Positions 46,981 to 60,317 of a DNA stretch of 64,000 bases are shown here, piece by piece. Every line of letters starts with the position of its first letter. Position 1 is the first letter of the stretch. A program made the position numbers and the translations under genes. The notes under the pieces were generated by a model, which saw only the letters and a program-made list of their open reading frames with translations, was not told the DNA's origin and searched no databases. Source of the DNA: Tubiluchus corallicola (lineage: Eukaryota > Animalia > Priapulida); assembly GCA_030141605.1 (NCBI GenBank), contig JAQGDQ010000137.1, positions 372,001-436,000 of the forward strand, given 5' to 3'.

Positions 46981-48214
46981 AAAATTGCAATATAAAAATC
47001 TCTAAAGCGTTCTAAAGCCTTTCAAGGTTTTGACATTTTCATCTTAAAATTGTTAATGTTAGAGTTTTACACTTAAAAAGTTCTGTTATTGTGATTTCTG
47101 ATAAGACTACTTGGTAAAAGTTCACATTATTAAAAAAATTGTTTGCATTATTTAATATACTGTGAGCTGGTTGTATCAAAGTCATGGGTCTGGCATTGTT
47201 TCCTGAAAGGTTGCCTAAAGCCAGTCGATGTCTTGTTTGTCGCTTAGTCAAAGCTGAGCTATATGAGTGTTTATTTTTTTCGTTATTTTGAATACTACGT
47301 GATAAATACGCAAATTACTGATTATGTTGGGTAATTGCTGGCTAGTAGTGGTTATTTGCTATTGTTGGGTATTAGTGGCTGGTTGCAAGGTGGTTAGATA
47401 GGGTAAATGACGGCTGGAATAGGCTTCGCTTTCCAAAGTGGCTTGTGAGCGACTTTATAAAGCTTGTTATTCGATCGTGATGCCAGTTTTGTTCTCGCTT
47501 TTATTGTTCTTCATGTGATAAGCTTTTAGCCATTTTTATAATGTGGGGTCAAAATGTTGTTGCTGCATATTCTAAATTTTTACAGCAAAATGGATTCCAT
47601 AGCAAGGATAAAAATTCTAAATGACGTATATTCACGAAGAAAGAGATCTATGACAACAATTAAGGCATTCTAAATGACTTATTTGGCAGCTGTACACTGA
47701 AACGCAATAAGTGAAAAATCCGATGCTTCACATTCCGGACTAGCTTTTCTACACTGTAGTGATTTTCTACATAGAAATTTAGTTGAGAATGTTTAACAGT
47801 CAATCAAATTAGGCCTCATTTTACTTATAAAGTGATCACCTTGCACTTGCGTCCTACTCAGCTTGGTTCCGGGTTTCCTGGTCAGTGGGCTTCCACTCAG
47901 CGAAGATGATATATCTATGTATGTGTGATAATACAATTGGAGTTTCATGTCAATAGTCACTAAAATGTGTCATTCTCTATGTATGAGTAAGTCATATTGG
48001 GCTAATTAAGTGTTAATGTTTACGATTTCTTCATTTGGTGTTTTTGCGTGTGTTAGTAGTAAAGGCTTGCACTTCATAGGTGGTACCACTAACAATAAGC
48101 TAATAATAATACACATCACCCACATAACATTACATCCATCCCACCACTTACACCATACTGCCTACCCCTTAGTAAGAGCAACGGCAGTAACAGCAGCCGA
48201 CTGCCGAGAACTTT

Positions 48215-48575
48215 ATAGAAACCATGTATGGAATTTCCCTTTCAGTAGATTCTCCACCTCGAATCAGCAGGCAGTTCTGTTACTTTGTCAAATGCACTTT
48301 TAATAGGAGTAGAAGTAGAAGTCAAAGTGGAGAGGCATCCATCAAAGTAAAGCAATGTAGGCATCAACAAAACGGTAGTTGAGAATTTCATATTGGTGTT
48401 AATCTACGAGTAATTTGGTATTCCGGTGGTTCTCTGTTCTTTCAAGGGCGATCACTTCTAAGAAACTTTTCTGGAGTACTTGCCAAGTTTGCAGTTGCCT
48501 GTTCTATTGTCAATATTTTCAAATCCAGACAATAAAAAATTGTTTTAGAAACTTAAGAAAACGGATTCCTACAAG
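48215..48575 (-). pseudogene. Serine protease copy 4: inverted 5' fragment (upstream region, signal peptide, activation region)
   Basis: ATG at 48391: MKFSTTVLLMPTLLYFDGCLSTLTSTSTPIKSAFDKVTELPA, then a small deletion across the activation site; upstream ~180 bp is homologous to 45810-45985. Confidence 0.88.
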
Positions 48576-48942
48576 TCAGGTTGTGGAATACTACACTTAT
48601 GCTGAATTGTTAAGATATTGGTTGTGCGTCTTGTGTTAGAAGCTTTCTTGTTTTCTTATAGTTTCTTATTTCTAACATTGAGTTTCAGACATTTTTGAAT
48701 GTAGGCATTAGTTGCACCTTAATCGGGTTAATGAGAAACTAGCCAAAACCTGCACAAGAATTCTGCACATAAACTCACAATAACAAACTACACACCATAC
48801 AACTCCCACTACATAGGTCGCATCACTTGCCATCCACATCATTACACCCACCACCAAACATCACCCACACTGCATTACTTTCATCATACCATCCACACGA
48901 TACTGCCTACACCACAGCAACTAGCAGCAGCAGTAGCAGTAG

Positions 48943-48943
48943 C

Positions 48944-49036
<93 letters not shown>

Positions 49037-49045
49037 AACAACAAC
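48943..49045. repeat. (CAA)n microsatellite
   Basis: Directly visible. Confidence 0.98.
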
Positions 49046-49323
49046 ACTATCTCCAGTAATGAAAAAAAAATCAGTTTTAGGGCAAAGGTAATCTATTGCT
49101 AAGTGAACTTTTTTTAATGACAGAATAGCTATAATCGTATACATCAGACTTTGTTTAACAAATAACGACTAGGTTCTAAAGTTTCCATTGTTTTGGATGC
49201 AAATAATCCCGCCATGAATGGGAAAACTTGGCATGTATTTGGAAAGGCATGGAAAAGTTCCAGTGAATGACTGAGCAAGTGTGCATTTGTCTGATTGAAT
49301 GAAAAAATTACTGAGTGAGCAAC

Positions 49324-49516
<193 letters not shown>

Positions 49517-49659
49517 TTTTATGAGCAATATACTTTCATCACTCGTTGCAATGAAATACAATTTGTTGTAAATTTTGAAAATTAAAATGCAATTTGAAAA
49601 TACTAGTAAAAATGTTATAAATACAGGTTAGAAACAGAAAAGCAAACTTTTCAGAAACA

Positions 49660-49716
49660 GTAATGGAACCTAATGCTAAAGAGGCAGACGCCTTAAACAA
49701 CTAGGCCACCAACGCC
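49660..49716 (-). mobile_element. Degenerate tRNA-derived SINE head
   Basis: gcagacgccttaaacaactaggccac matches the head of the 58522-58675 copy (A-box TGGCCTAGTTG on the minus strand). Confidence 0.55.
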
Positions 49717-49942
49717 AAGGCCGTCGCCCAACTTTTCATATCTCCTATCTTTCAAATTTACCATCAGCATATTTAATTAACTATGCGGTTGAAGCAACGG
49801 TCAAGAATTAATTAATAAGAAAAATTAATACTGCAACCAAAAGAATCGCCAGAGACACCCCTGAATTGCAACACTAATTGACGATTAATTATTTATTGTA
49901 ATCTTAATGCGAAGATTATCATTAAAGATATTACAAACCCAC

Positions 49943-49943
49943 A

Positions 49944-50039
<96 letters not shown>
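49943..50039. repeat. (ATT)n microsatellite
   Basis: Directly visible. Confidence 0.98.
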
Positions 50040-51839
50040 TCAATTATTTAAAAACAAAAACAAAAATAAAAAATATATATAGGTAAGCGTCCCTGTATTG
50101 GCAGGAATTTGTTTTAAATGTCCAAATGTAAATAAAATGTGAATATATAAATAGATTTCACAGATGCAGAATTACACAAATAGCAACCCACAATTAATTA
50201 AATTTTGATATCAGACTTGAAAGACATAATGTTGGGAATTAAGGTTAATGATTAATGTTGTTATTATCATGGTTTAATGGCTTTTATTATATTAATAAAG
50301 TCACTATTTATGATAAGCAAGTAGGCACTTTCAGTATTGCGCAACTTGTTTACGTTTTCTGCTGCGTCATGTCAGGAGTTAGTAATTAGCACACAACAGG
50401 TGCTAAACAAAATGTTTTCTAGATACTAGTGATTACGCGTCATAAAAAGCTTTATGCGCATGCTCGGGGTGTGATCTACAGCCAATTTTCCCAGACCTGC
50501 GTCATTCATTCGCTACTCTTCGAGTTGACAACAACTGTTTAGCTATGATAATTTGGCCTGCGAAGTACTGATAAGATCTAGATATGTGATAGGGGATGGT
50601 GGCCTTATTGGTAGTTTGTGAAGAACTGAAAATTTTAACGTTAAATTTATATGGTGAATTAATGGATTAGAGTTGCTTATTATGTTAGCACGTAATACAG
50701 CAAATGTGAAAGAGTTAGAATGCACCGAGGACTAAGTTCGCCTAACAAATAAAAAATAATTTGGTTATTTAAAATGACCCTACTATGAGCGGTCTGACAG
50801 TGGACATGCTGAATTTGGTTCAAGTTCAGACTGTACTCCAACTTTTCATATTTCAAGTTTGGCATCAAAATTTAAATTAATTTTGGGTTTGTGACAATAC
50901 TAACGGATTATTCGGATCACTTTGCACGTGCTGCACTCCCATTTGACGCAGTTAAACAAAATGTTACGTACGATAATGGTAGTAATCATATAGCTGCGTA
51001 GTTCGCTGCATCAAAATGTATGTGCGCAAGCATAAAATTGAAGCCACATCATCCTTGCCCCGGCAGATTCTGTTGATGAAAACTGAACAACAGCCATCTC
51101 GTTATAACAGTGCAGGCAGCAGTTTCCAACTAGTGATGAAGCTATGATTTTAATGCAACTTAAATTGATCAATTTGTTATGCTTGTGATATTGACAATGG
51201 TGCGCTATTAATAGTCAGTTTTTCAAGTAATGGAAGAACCGAAATGGAGGAGAAACGTAAAGAGTTTGTGGCGCTGACGATTATTATTGAGTTTTAAGAT
51301 AAAGAAAAGACATCGTCGGTTTCTATTCGCGTGCATTACTAGGAAACCGAGCGATTGTTACCATTGCTTGTACCATTGTTATAAACATTGTGAAGAATTT
51401 TGGTTTCGTTTAAAAACAGTTAAAAGCACGTTTTCGTGTTCATCGGTTAACTTAGTAAACTGGATGACTGAGAAAATACAGGTAATACCGCGTAGATATT
51501 CACAATACGTCGTTTTTAATTGTATTACTCAGTATATAGCACGTCGCACAGTCTAAAAGTAAAAACCCACATTCGAGGTATTATCAAATTTTTAACGATT
51601 AATTGGAAACTGAAAAAAATTCGAAAAAATTCGAAGCTTAGTTTAGTTTATTTGATATGATATTTGGCTAACAAGGCCAATCATGATACATTTTACAAAA
51701 AACCCACATCAGTTTACATGCATATACGAGAGTGTTTAGCTACAACACATTGTATCATTACATCATATTACTGCATAATATAGAATGACTTTTTTTCATC
51801 ACTAAGCGTTACATAGCTAGGATGCAGTCCAATTATAGA

Positions 51840-52148
51840 CAGGGGCGCCGGAGACACGGGGGCAAAGTGGGCAGCGACCGCCTTGTCCTTTCCCAAGGGG
51901 ACAGTGCGGAAAAAGAACTGTACCTTTTTGATCGAATTGAACTCTACATGAAAACGCGCATCTAATATTCATTTTTTATTCATTTTAAAAGGAATATGCG
52001 AGAGGCAGAAGGCATTTGGGGTGCCTTAGATATACCCTTATATATAAGTTATATCGTCATTAACTTAGCCACAGAAGTGTGGGTAAACAAAACGTGCCCT
52101 TTTCATAAATGCTGCCCCCGCCCATGCAATTTGCTGCCGGTGCCCCTG
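51840..52148. mobile_element. hAT MITE (309 bp)
   Basis: TIRs CAGGGGCGCCGG/CCGGTGCCCCTG; 8-bp TSD attataga/tttataga. Confidence 0.88.
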
Positions 52149-53964
52149 TTTATAGAACTAATTAAAAAGGTACGCGCTACTGCATGCCTTGGACAATGGA
52201 CCTTGGACAATGAAACAAGAAATGATATTCATCCTCCATAACGTTGCAAGTTGCACAAAGACGATCCTCCCTATGATCACGATAAATATTTTATTGAGAA
52301 TAAATAAATATTTACAGAGGTGCCTCTATTTGCCTCTGTTATTAATCCTTCTTAGCTATCGGGGGTCTATAATTACGGCCTGTTTCGATTGCCAGACTGT
52401 GTGCACTAGTCAACATCTGATATCATCTTAAATTAACATTTATACTAAAATTAATTTAAACAATGCATTACTAGTAATAGATAGTCATGTATTATGCATC
52501 ATAAATATGCGATAAATATGCATGATAAGAAACAACATTTTCGGTCAACTAGTCAACTAAAGTCAACTAAACGTAACCAGAAAGGAACTAAATGCATATT
52601 TATATTCACGTGTTATTTAATTTCACACAGCTATTCTATGCATAGTTAATTACAAACGCGTGTGTCACAAAAAACAGAATCGAATTCTGATAAAGGCGTC
52701 ATAGCTCTACTTAACCTGATTATCCGTATCCTTAACGCTTCAATTTGCACCAGTGCCTGTCTGCATGAAGCGCTTCTTTAGTGTAGCAGCGAACGTAGCC
52801 ATCCTCACTTCACCTTTGAAATCAATTGGCTGCGATTGTATTTATAAATAACTTGAGCAGGTGCTTTTATTATATGCTATAGTAATCCTGTCACGCACAC
52901 GAGATCAACACACTTCTATCTCAGCGTTTTCTGCATAAATGACATCCGCGTATTATCGTGCTGTTTGGCTTTTTGCGTCAAAACCACACAGTGCCACTGA
53001 AGCCTATTATAGTAATAAACATTCAACAAATTTGTTAAGGCCACGTCAAATAGCTGTTTACTTCTTTTGTGCCACTGACTGCGTACAATGTTTTAGGGCG
53101 AAACAAATAGTGTATGGGCACGATATGTGCTTTGCGATCGAAGTTAAACAACGCTGAAGCTGAAATGGATTAGTGACTGCCGCATTCAATATTCGCTTCG
53201 GGAGTTTCACTGAGCATATATCAAAAGGGAGGATGTATTCACGTTTGAATGCAATTTTTTTCTCGACCCGGCCCAACGTCTCATTTAAGGGTCAATAAGC
53301 TTCAATAAGAGTCGGATGACGGTCCCGCCTTAGCCATTAACATTAAGCAAGATCCGCCACTGAGTCATGGATTGTTGCTTGAAAGATGTTGAAATTTGTA
53401 AACCAAAGACAAAAGATCCATGACTTACACATGCAGTTTTTTTTATACAAATCACCCGAAGAAAGCCAATAACCACTGAGGATAAAGAGCTTCAAGAAAG
53501 AAAGTAAAGATATGATTCCATTTTCAGAGAAATAGAATTCATACAGTCACTTTGCTAGTAGTGGAAGTTATTCCCGTTGATGTTCTTCTTGTATCGGGTT
53601 CAGGTTACTGAAGAAGTAGTTTTAACGAAACAAAACGAATCTGTGTTAGGCAATTTCACAGTTAAACAGCCCGAGAGAAAAAAGAAGCAGCTGCTCTACT
53701 TCTAAGAATTTTTAGGATAGGGCTGTGAGTAAGAGCAACAAAAACAAGCACGCTGTACAACTTACCGTCGGCGTTATTTAATTACAAAACTATAATTAGA
53801 AAAGCAGTTAAAGTAGCTGAGTGTAATTATGAGCGCCTACAAAACTAAGCAGAAAACTGTTCCTTTCATTCGTTTGTTTGTTCTTTAGTCATTCACACTC
53901 TCTTCATTTATGTGTGTGTTCATGTCTTTACTCATGCGTGCATTCATTCTTTTTTGTGTTTATT

Positions 53965-54185
53965 TGTTTATTCATTCATTCATTATTCATTCATTCGTTT
54001 ATTCATTCATTGATTTACCTCATTTATTTATTTATTCATTCATTCATTCACTCACTCACCCATTCATTCATTCATTCATTCATTCATTCATTCATTCATT
54101 CATTCATTCATTCATTCATTCATTCATTCATTCATTCATTCATTTATTCGTTCGTTCGTTTGTTCATTTATTCATTCATTCATTT
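53965..54185. repeat. (CATT)n microsatellite
   Basis: Directly visible tetramer array with degenerate flanks. Confidence 0.97.
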
Positions 54186-56399
54186 GCTTGTTCAATTATT
54201 TATTTGCTTTAATTTCATTAACTAGCTGTAATGCTACTATTTTATGTAAGATTTACTTCATTTCTAACTTATTTTTGCTTGGATAAAGTTATAAATTACC
54301 ACACATCAAAAATCTCTTAACTTCAGAACCTTGCTACAAAAGCTAAAAGGTAAATTACGGTTGGTATGAAACGCGTTCTACGTTGAAAAGACGCATTATT
54401 CCAATTTATTGAACACCAAAAGCGTCATACAAAGTGCTGCATTTAACAACAGAATTTTAGCTTTTTTGAAATTATCAGACAGGTTACTGCAACTAATAAA
54501 TACATTTATTATTATTATTATTTGCAGAATATTTAAATGGGAATGATCATAATAAGTACAAAAATATAGGCATGTATACGTACATAGATTGCCGGTCAAA
54601 AGTACCTTATGGATTTTATCATAATTGGTTAGGCCTGTATATATTTTTCTAATATCTGTATATCGAAGTAAAACAATATTTAAACATTTCGGATCTAAGA
54701 ATTCTAAATAGCGTGTACTATCTCTTAGCGTTATTTACTTTTTCAGATATGAAAAACTCTTCGGAGTTTAGATTGGCCATAAATTTATAACTTGTTATAC
54801 TGACGTATAAAATCCTGTTAAAATGTGTAAAATTACGAAGTGCTTAAGGCCCAAGGTGCCAGTTTCCCGGGTCGCGGTCACAAAATGTGTCGTCATATAG
54901 CTATTTTTAGCTACGCAGTGGCCACAAATGACCCAATGGGGGCCTATGCAAAATAACTGCACCCCGCAGCGATAAATTTGTACACAATACAATAAGCGAA
55001 CCGGTAAATTTGATTATATTACGCAAGTATCCGAATCCTGGTCTAAAATGGCAAAAGGGAAAAGTCATCTTATATGCATTTTTGCATGATGAATAGATTG
55101 GAGAATCATGAAGGCTGACATAAAAGTAAACCGCACGAACCGCCATTGTGTAATCATTGATTTGTTTGTAATTCGTTAGAGAAGGGTAAAATCGATTGCA
55201 CGTATTTGAGCAAGAATATGATTTTTCGCAAAAGCCGGTAAAGCCTTTTGGGTTTGCTTGCAAAATTCTATGAAGGGCAGCTAGAGAAGAATTGAGAGCT
55301 TGCTGAACAAGAATGAAGTGTCAGTAAATGTATGGTCACAAGTAAACGCCTAGTTATGCTGTTCAATAGTCAAAAGTAGACGCCTAGTGATGTTGTACAA
55401 TGGTCAAAAGCAGATACTTAGTTATACTGTACAATGGTCACTAGTCGTCGTCGTTGTTGTTTTTGGCGATGATGATGACGACTATAGCGACGATGATATA
55501 ACGATGATGACGATTGCGGCTGTGGTAGATGTTGGTTATTGCTTTTGAATAATGCAAGTGATTGGATTATGTTTTTCATTTAGGTAATTTAGGTTTTTGA
55601 AAGACAAAATTGTAAGGGATAAAACAAAATTATGTTAGCGGGGTTGTGATCAATGGCATGTCAAGTTTGTTTGCGTTTAACAACTAATGAGTCTATTTCT
55701 AGTTTTTGTAAAAACGATTTTGGTTTAAAAAGTAATTTCATATGTGAAAGAATCTAAATCGCGGTCGTGCTTTTGAAGGAAATGAAAATTATACTATAAT
55801 ATTTTTATAACGTTAAATAACATTTATTGTACATTTTTCTATTTTTATTTTTAAAAAAACGTTTTTTACTTATTTTAGTTAATTTGGCCTTATAAGTCTG
55901 GTAACTTCGTGCTCTGCCATAATTAAGTATTTTATTTGTATCAGTAAAATGATGTGCAGTATTTCATTGATCAGAACTGCATTTTTATGCCAAATTTTTA
56001 ATTATTTACTAACACATTCATTTATTTTATTTCTACTTTTATTTTTACTTATATTTACTAATGTAAATTCGGTATTGTATGTACAAACGCTTTTTATTAT
56101 ACTTTTGTTTCGTATCATTACATACAGATACAGCACATATATTCATATAGACAAAATATAACAAGGAAAAGTTAGTATAAACACGTACAAAAGAGAAAGA
56201 AATTAGTATGCATAAAATAAACAATGTATGACAATGATGTTACATAATCACACATAAAAATATCGCTAGTTTTCACATATCCTTCACAGATAATCTTGTA
56301 AACATCCATTAAAAGCATTAATAACTAGCATTTTAACATTCACGTTAACAAACATTAAAGATAAGCCATACTTTCTTCTTATGTGACAATGACTATCGT

Positions 56400-56640
56400 T
56401 AGTTAAATACAACATTTATTGAATATTGTCGATCCTCGAGTTTAGAATTTTCTTTAAAAATTTAATTTTCTACAATCAATTAGAAAGTTTGTAGGCATAG
56501 TACCACAGTAACCTTGACACTCTCATTACGTTTATAATTGAAGATCTTGCTATAGGCTGTGTTCCAGCAAACTTTTAAAATATTTTCTTGCTCAAAAGAT
56601 AATGAATTAACTTATACTGCGTACAACAAAAATTATCGTA
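56400..56640 (-). mobile_element. LINE (L2/CR1-group) 3' remnant
   Basis: ENILKVCWNTAYSKIFNYKRNESVK..CGTMPTNFLIDCRKLNFLK resembles a LINE ORF2 C-terminus. Confidence 0.5.
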
Positions 56641-57154
56641 ATAAAATTAAACATCTTCATGTACAGCAGTCTGAGAGTTGTCTCCTTTACTTCCCTGGAA
56701 GATGCTGCTCTGCTTTAAAAGATAGGTGCCTTTTGTGTTATTATTTCACGCTATTACTATTGAGGGTCTTTATTATTGCGTGTTGCTATGCTTTATAATA
56801 TCACCATGGTGTGTTGCTATATTAGATGTGGTAGTTTTATCAGGTGAGAAAAGCTTTTATGCGTATCAAGGTTGCTGAAAGATGTGTCAGAGCCTGTGTT
56901 ATTCATTAAGTCCATGTCTTTCAGTATTGACATTTATTACAAACGATGGCGTCGTTGCTGTTGAAAGTTACTGGTATTATTACATGTAAGTATTAGTATC
57001 GTGGAATTTTCTGGTCAAATATAATCACATAACAAGAGCGTTTCACAGAGACGTTGATTTCAAACTGCTGCTGCTGTTGCAGTTGTTGTAGTTGTTGCCG
57101 CCGCCACCGTTGCCGTCGATTTTATAGTAATTGTTGTTATTATAGCTGTTCCTG

Positions 57155-57189
<35 letters not shown>

Positions 57190-57489
57190 AACAATATAGT
57201 TATTGTTGTTAATAATTATCATTTTTAGAAAAACTAAAAATAATAGAAATTATCCAGACAAGTTCCTATTTTGCAAAAAATTCATTGTAAATTAGATAAG
57301 TATCCTACATTTCCAGGAAATTATGTAACTGCATGCGCTAACTTTTGAATACTTCTGTAAGTTCTCTAAAACATGACAGTCTTTAAAATTTAAAAACTTT
57401 TGACCTGATGCTTTAAAAGACATAAAAATATCAAGTTCAAAGCAACAAAAGATTTTTCTTTTACAACAGCAACAATAAACTGGTGTAAT

Positions 57490-58205
57490 CAGGGGTGGAT
57501 TAAGAGTTTCACCGGCCTAAGTCTTTCAACAAGCGAAGGCCTAAACGACGGGACTCATGTACAGGTTGTTCTCAGAACTTCTCGGAAACTATAAAAAATG
57601 TTAATTGTTATGCAGGTGTTCTTCAATTTTTGTATAGACTTATCAAAAGCCTTTATCGATTCTCGTGATGAATGGGGGTGGTTTTGTTTGTTATGTCCTT
57701 TCGTCTGGGTTAACAAAGAGGCAAGTTGCTGTTCATCATTGAGGCTATTTCTGATGAAGATTTGGGAGGGTTGGATAATGAGAACTAAATGTCATACTGT
57801 TAACAAGTGTTGAATCTTGTGTCATAATGGCTTATGTGTTCAAATGATCCATGTGTCAAACGATCTATGAGTCCAAAACAGAAAATGCCCAAGTTGCCTA
57901 TGTGGCCCTGTATCTAAATGTTTCGTGGGGAAGCATCCTGTGTCCTGTATGTGAGCCTACAGTGAAAAATGACATATTTTCTGTACAATATAATGCTCAA
58001 ACGCTCAAGTGCTTACTGGCAATACACAAAAAAGGAAAATAAATATAATCTGCTTGTCTTTAGCATATTCAGTTTAAATAATTTTGTTATGCTGCTTACT
58101 AAATAGCATATTATCTCTGTCATAAAGTCGTCGGTCTCAGGACTAAAAGGGTCTATCAAAATTTAGTACCATAGCCATATTAGTCTAATGGTTAATCCGC
58201 CCCTG
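57490..58205. mobile_element. hAT non-autonomous element (716 bp)
   Basis: TIRs CAGGGGTGGATTAA/TTAATCCGCCCCTG; 8-bp TSD ggtgtaat/gatgtaat. Confidence 0.88.
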
Positions 58206-58370
58206 GATGTAATCCTTACGTTTGTCAAATTTCCAAGCAAAATTTAGCACGAACCAAGTACAGAGATTGACATAATAAGAAGTGAAGTAATAAAAAGCTT
58301 AAATTCTATGATTTCTGTCAATGAAAAGTCATTAAAAGGGCTCTATTTATTTGTAGGCAAGTAATGCAAA

Positions 58371-58506
58371 ATGACGTCAGAGGTAGCGCAAACTTCAGCT
58401 GAAGAGGATTTCAGCCAAACGGAAAGAGCCAGCATTCGAAGAAATGCAGTGCCTGACATTAGCAGTGAGAGCTCGGTGATATCAGCCGAACATCACGATC
58501 TGTGCA
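58371..58506 (+). CDS. cAMP-dependent protein kinase inhibitor (PKI)-like microprotein, first coding exon
   Basis: Acceptor ttgtag at 58356, in-frame stop before the ATG, MTSEVAQTSAEEDFSQTERASIRRNAVPDISSESSVISAEHHDLC, donor A|GTGAGT at 58506/58507; RRNAxPDI pseudosubstrate with upstream F and R as in PKI. Confidence 0.75.
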
Positions 58507-58521
58507 GTGAGTATAGATTAT

Positions 58522-58675
58522 GCTATTAATAATGTTACAAAATCACGATTAATTGAATTTTCTTATCAAACTTTAAAAAACAAGAAATATGAAAAAGCTG
58601 AATATGAAAATGCAGTCTTGATTTGAACCAAACGCCATCTACTTACATGCAGACGCCTTAGACCACTAGGCCACA
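58522..58675 (-). mobile_element. tRNA-derived SINE (Thr-UGU-like head), left copy
   Basis: Minus strand tgtggcctagtggtctaaggcgtctgcatgtaagtagatggcgtttggttcaaatc: A box, B box and TGT anticodon loop, followed by an AT-rich body shared with the right copy. Confidence 0.7.
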
Positions 58676-58797
58676 AAGTTCCCCGGTGATCAAGGCAGTC
58701 CAAAATTAAGACTGACATTAAAATTATAATGACTAATTAATCACTCACAGATATTTCAGGCTTAGAATTAAGGACTGTGTTAATCGCTATAGAATAC

Positions 58798-58930
58798 TGC
58801 GGCTCAGTCTAAGGTGTCTACCTTGTAAGCAAATGGTCCATGGTTCAAATCCAGGCAGTATTCGCATTTCCTGTTTTTCAAGTTTTAAATCAAAATATAA
58901 TTAATTGTGAGTCTGTAACGTCATTAGTAA
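58798..58930 (+). mobile_element. tRNA-derived SINE, right copy (inverted relative to left)
   Basis: tgcggctcagtctaaggtgtctaccttgtaagcaaatggtccatggttcaaatcc plus homologous body. Confidence 0.7.
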
Positions 58931-59241
58931 CAATCTTTACATTAAGATTATGTTAATTAATTAATTGAGTACGAACATTGCAAAGAGAGTCCAGTTTTCA
59001 GTATTAGAGCTATAGTAATCTCCCTCCAGAATTATGAACAGCTACTGGCACAGTAATATTACATCATATAATTTCTCAAAAAAGACCCAAAAAGTCATCT
59101 AAACAAGTGAAATTATTTACAAATTATATAAGTTTGTGAATTTAAGAATGATTCATTTTCTAATTTTTGTAATGACAGTATGTATTTATAAATTGTAAAA
59201 CGCATCGAGATCTCCGATGTGATGCGCTCTACAAATAATAA

Positions 59242-59366
<125 letters not shown>

Positions 59367-60243
59367 GCGAGCGAAAATGGGTCAATATCAAGAACTTTTC
59401 TATGGTTTCCATCACATCAACGTACAACAAAATATGAACCGACTAATAATTAAGTAAATACAGGTTAATTACCCAGTATTTGTACAAATGGGGGTAAGTG
59501 AAAAAATGAGGTTGTTTTATGAGGAAAAGTTCGTGTACAAAGAGAAGGTTGCAATAATATAAAAATTATAGCATTTTGCAAGCCGTTAAAACATTTGTGA
59601 GTGCAAGTTAATTTACGGACCAAACCAGAACAGTTAACGACCATACTAACCTCATAAAATAAATTTTGCAGCTGTCTAATTTTCTCGGTAGTTAATTTCA
59701 GTTTTTTTCGTAAAAATGTTCAAGACCATTGAAGGAAGCAATTAAATCCAGAGGAAACATTTAGTCTGACGTATTCTCTTTGAGCATGGAGTTGTCTTCG
59801 CGATATTTCGTACGTGAATGCTTGTGTGTTTTTTCAAGATTAGGTGTTTAGCTCTTTAACTTTTTATCCATTGCTTTTAGGAACGAGACGAGTTGACTAC
59901 TAATTAGAACCTTGCTAATTGCTGCACGTGTTTAGTGCATGAACACCTATTAGTTAACATTGCAGGTGTTGATGAGACAGCATAAATTTTTTCAATCATG
60001 CATTACAACTAAAATTTACAACATTAAAAACAACGCAGTTTTAAAGTCGTCATTCCTTAATTACAATATTTATGTTGTGTAATAGGAAGGGAAGGAAAAG
60101 TTTAACCGTGTTGAATCTATCTCCTGTATACATAAAATATTTTCGAACTACATACACATAAAATTACACAAAGTTAATACATTGTAATTTGAGCATTTAT
60201 AAATTACCTCAAAATCATGTACAAAATAAGCATTACGAACCCT

Positions 60244-60284
60244 CACACACACATGCGACCGCACGCACGCACGCGCACACACAG

Positions 60285-60317
<33 letters not shown>

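Noticed and set aside
58612-58860. Functional tRNA-Thr genes
   Set aside because: Acceptor and D stems do not pair properly and both heads carry a shared non-tRNA body, as expected for SINEs.
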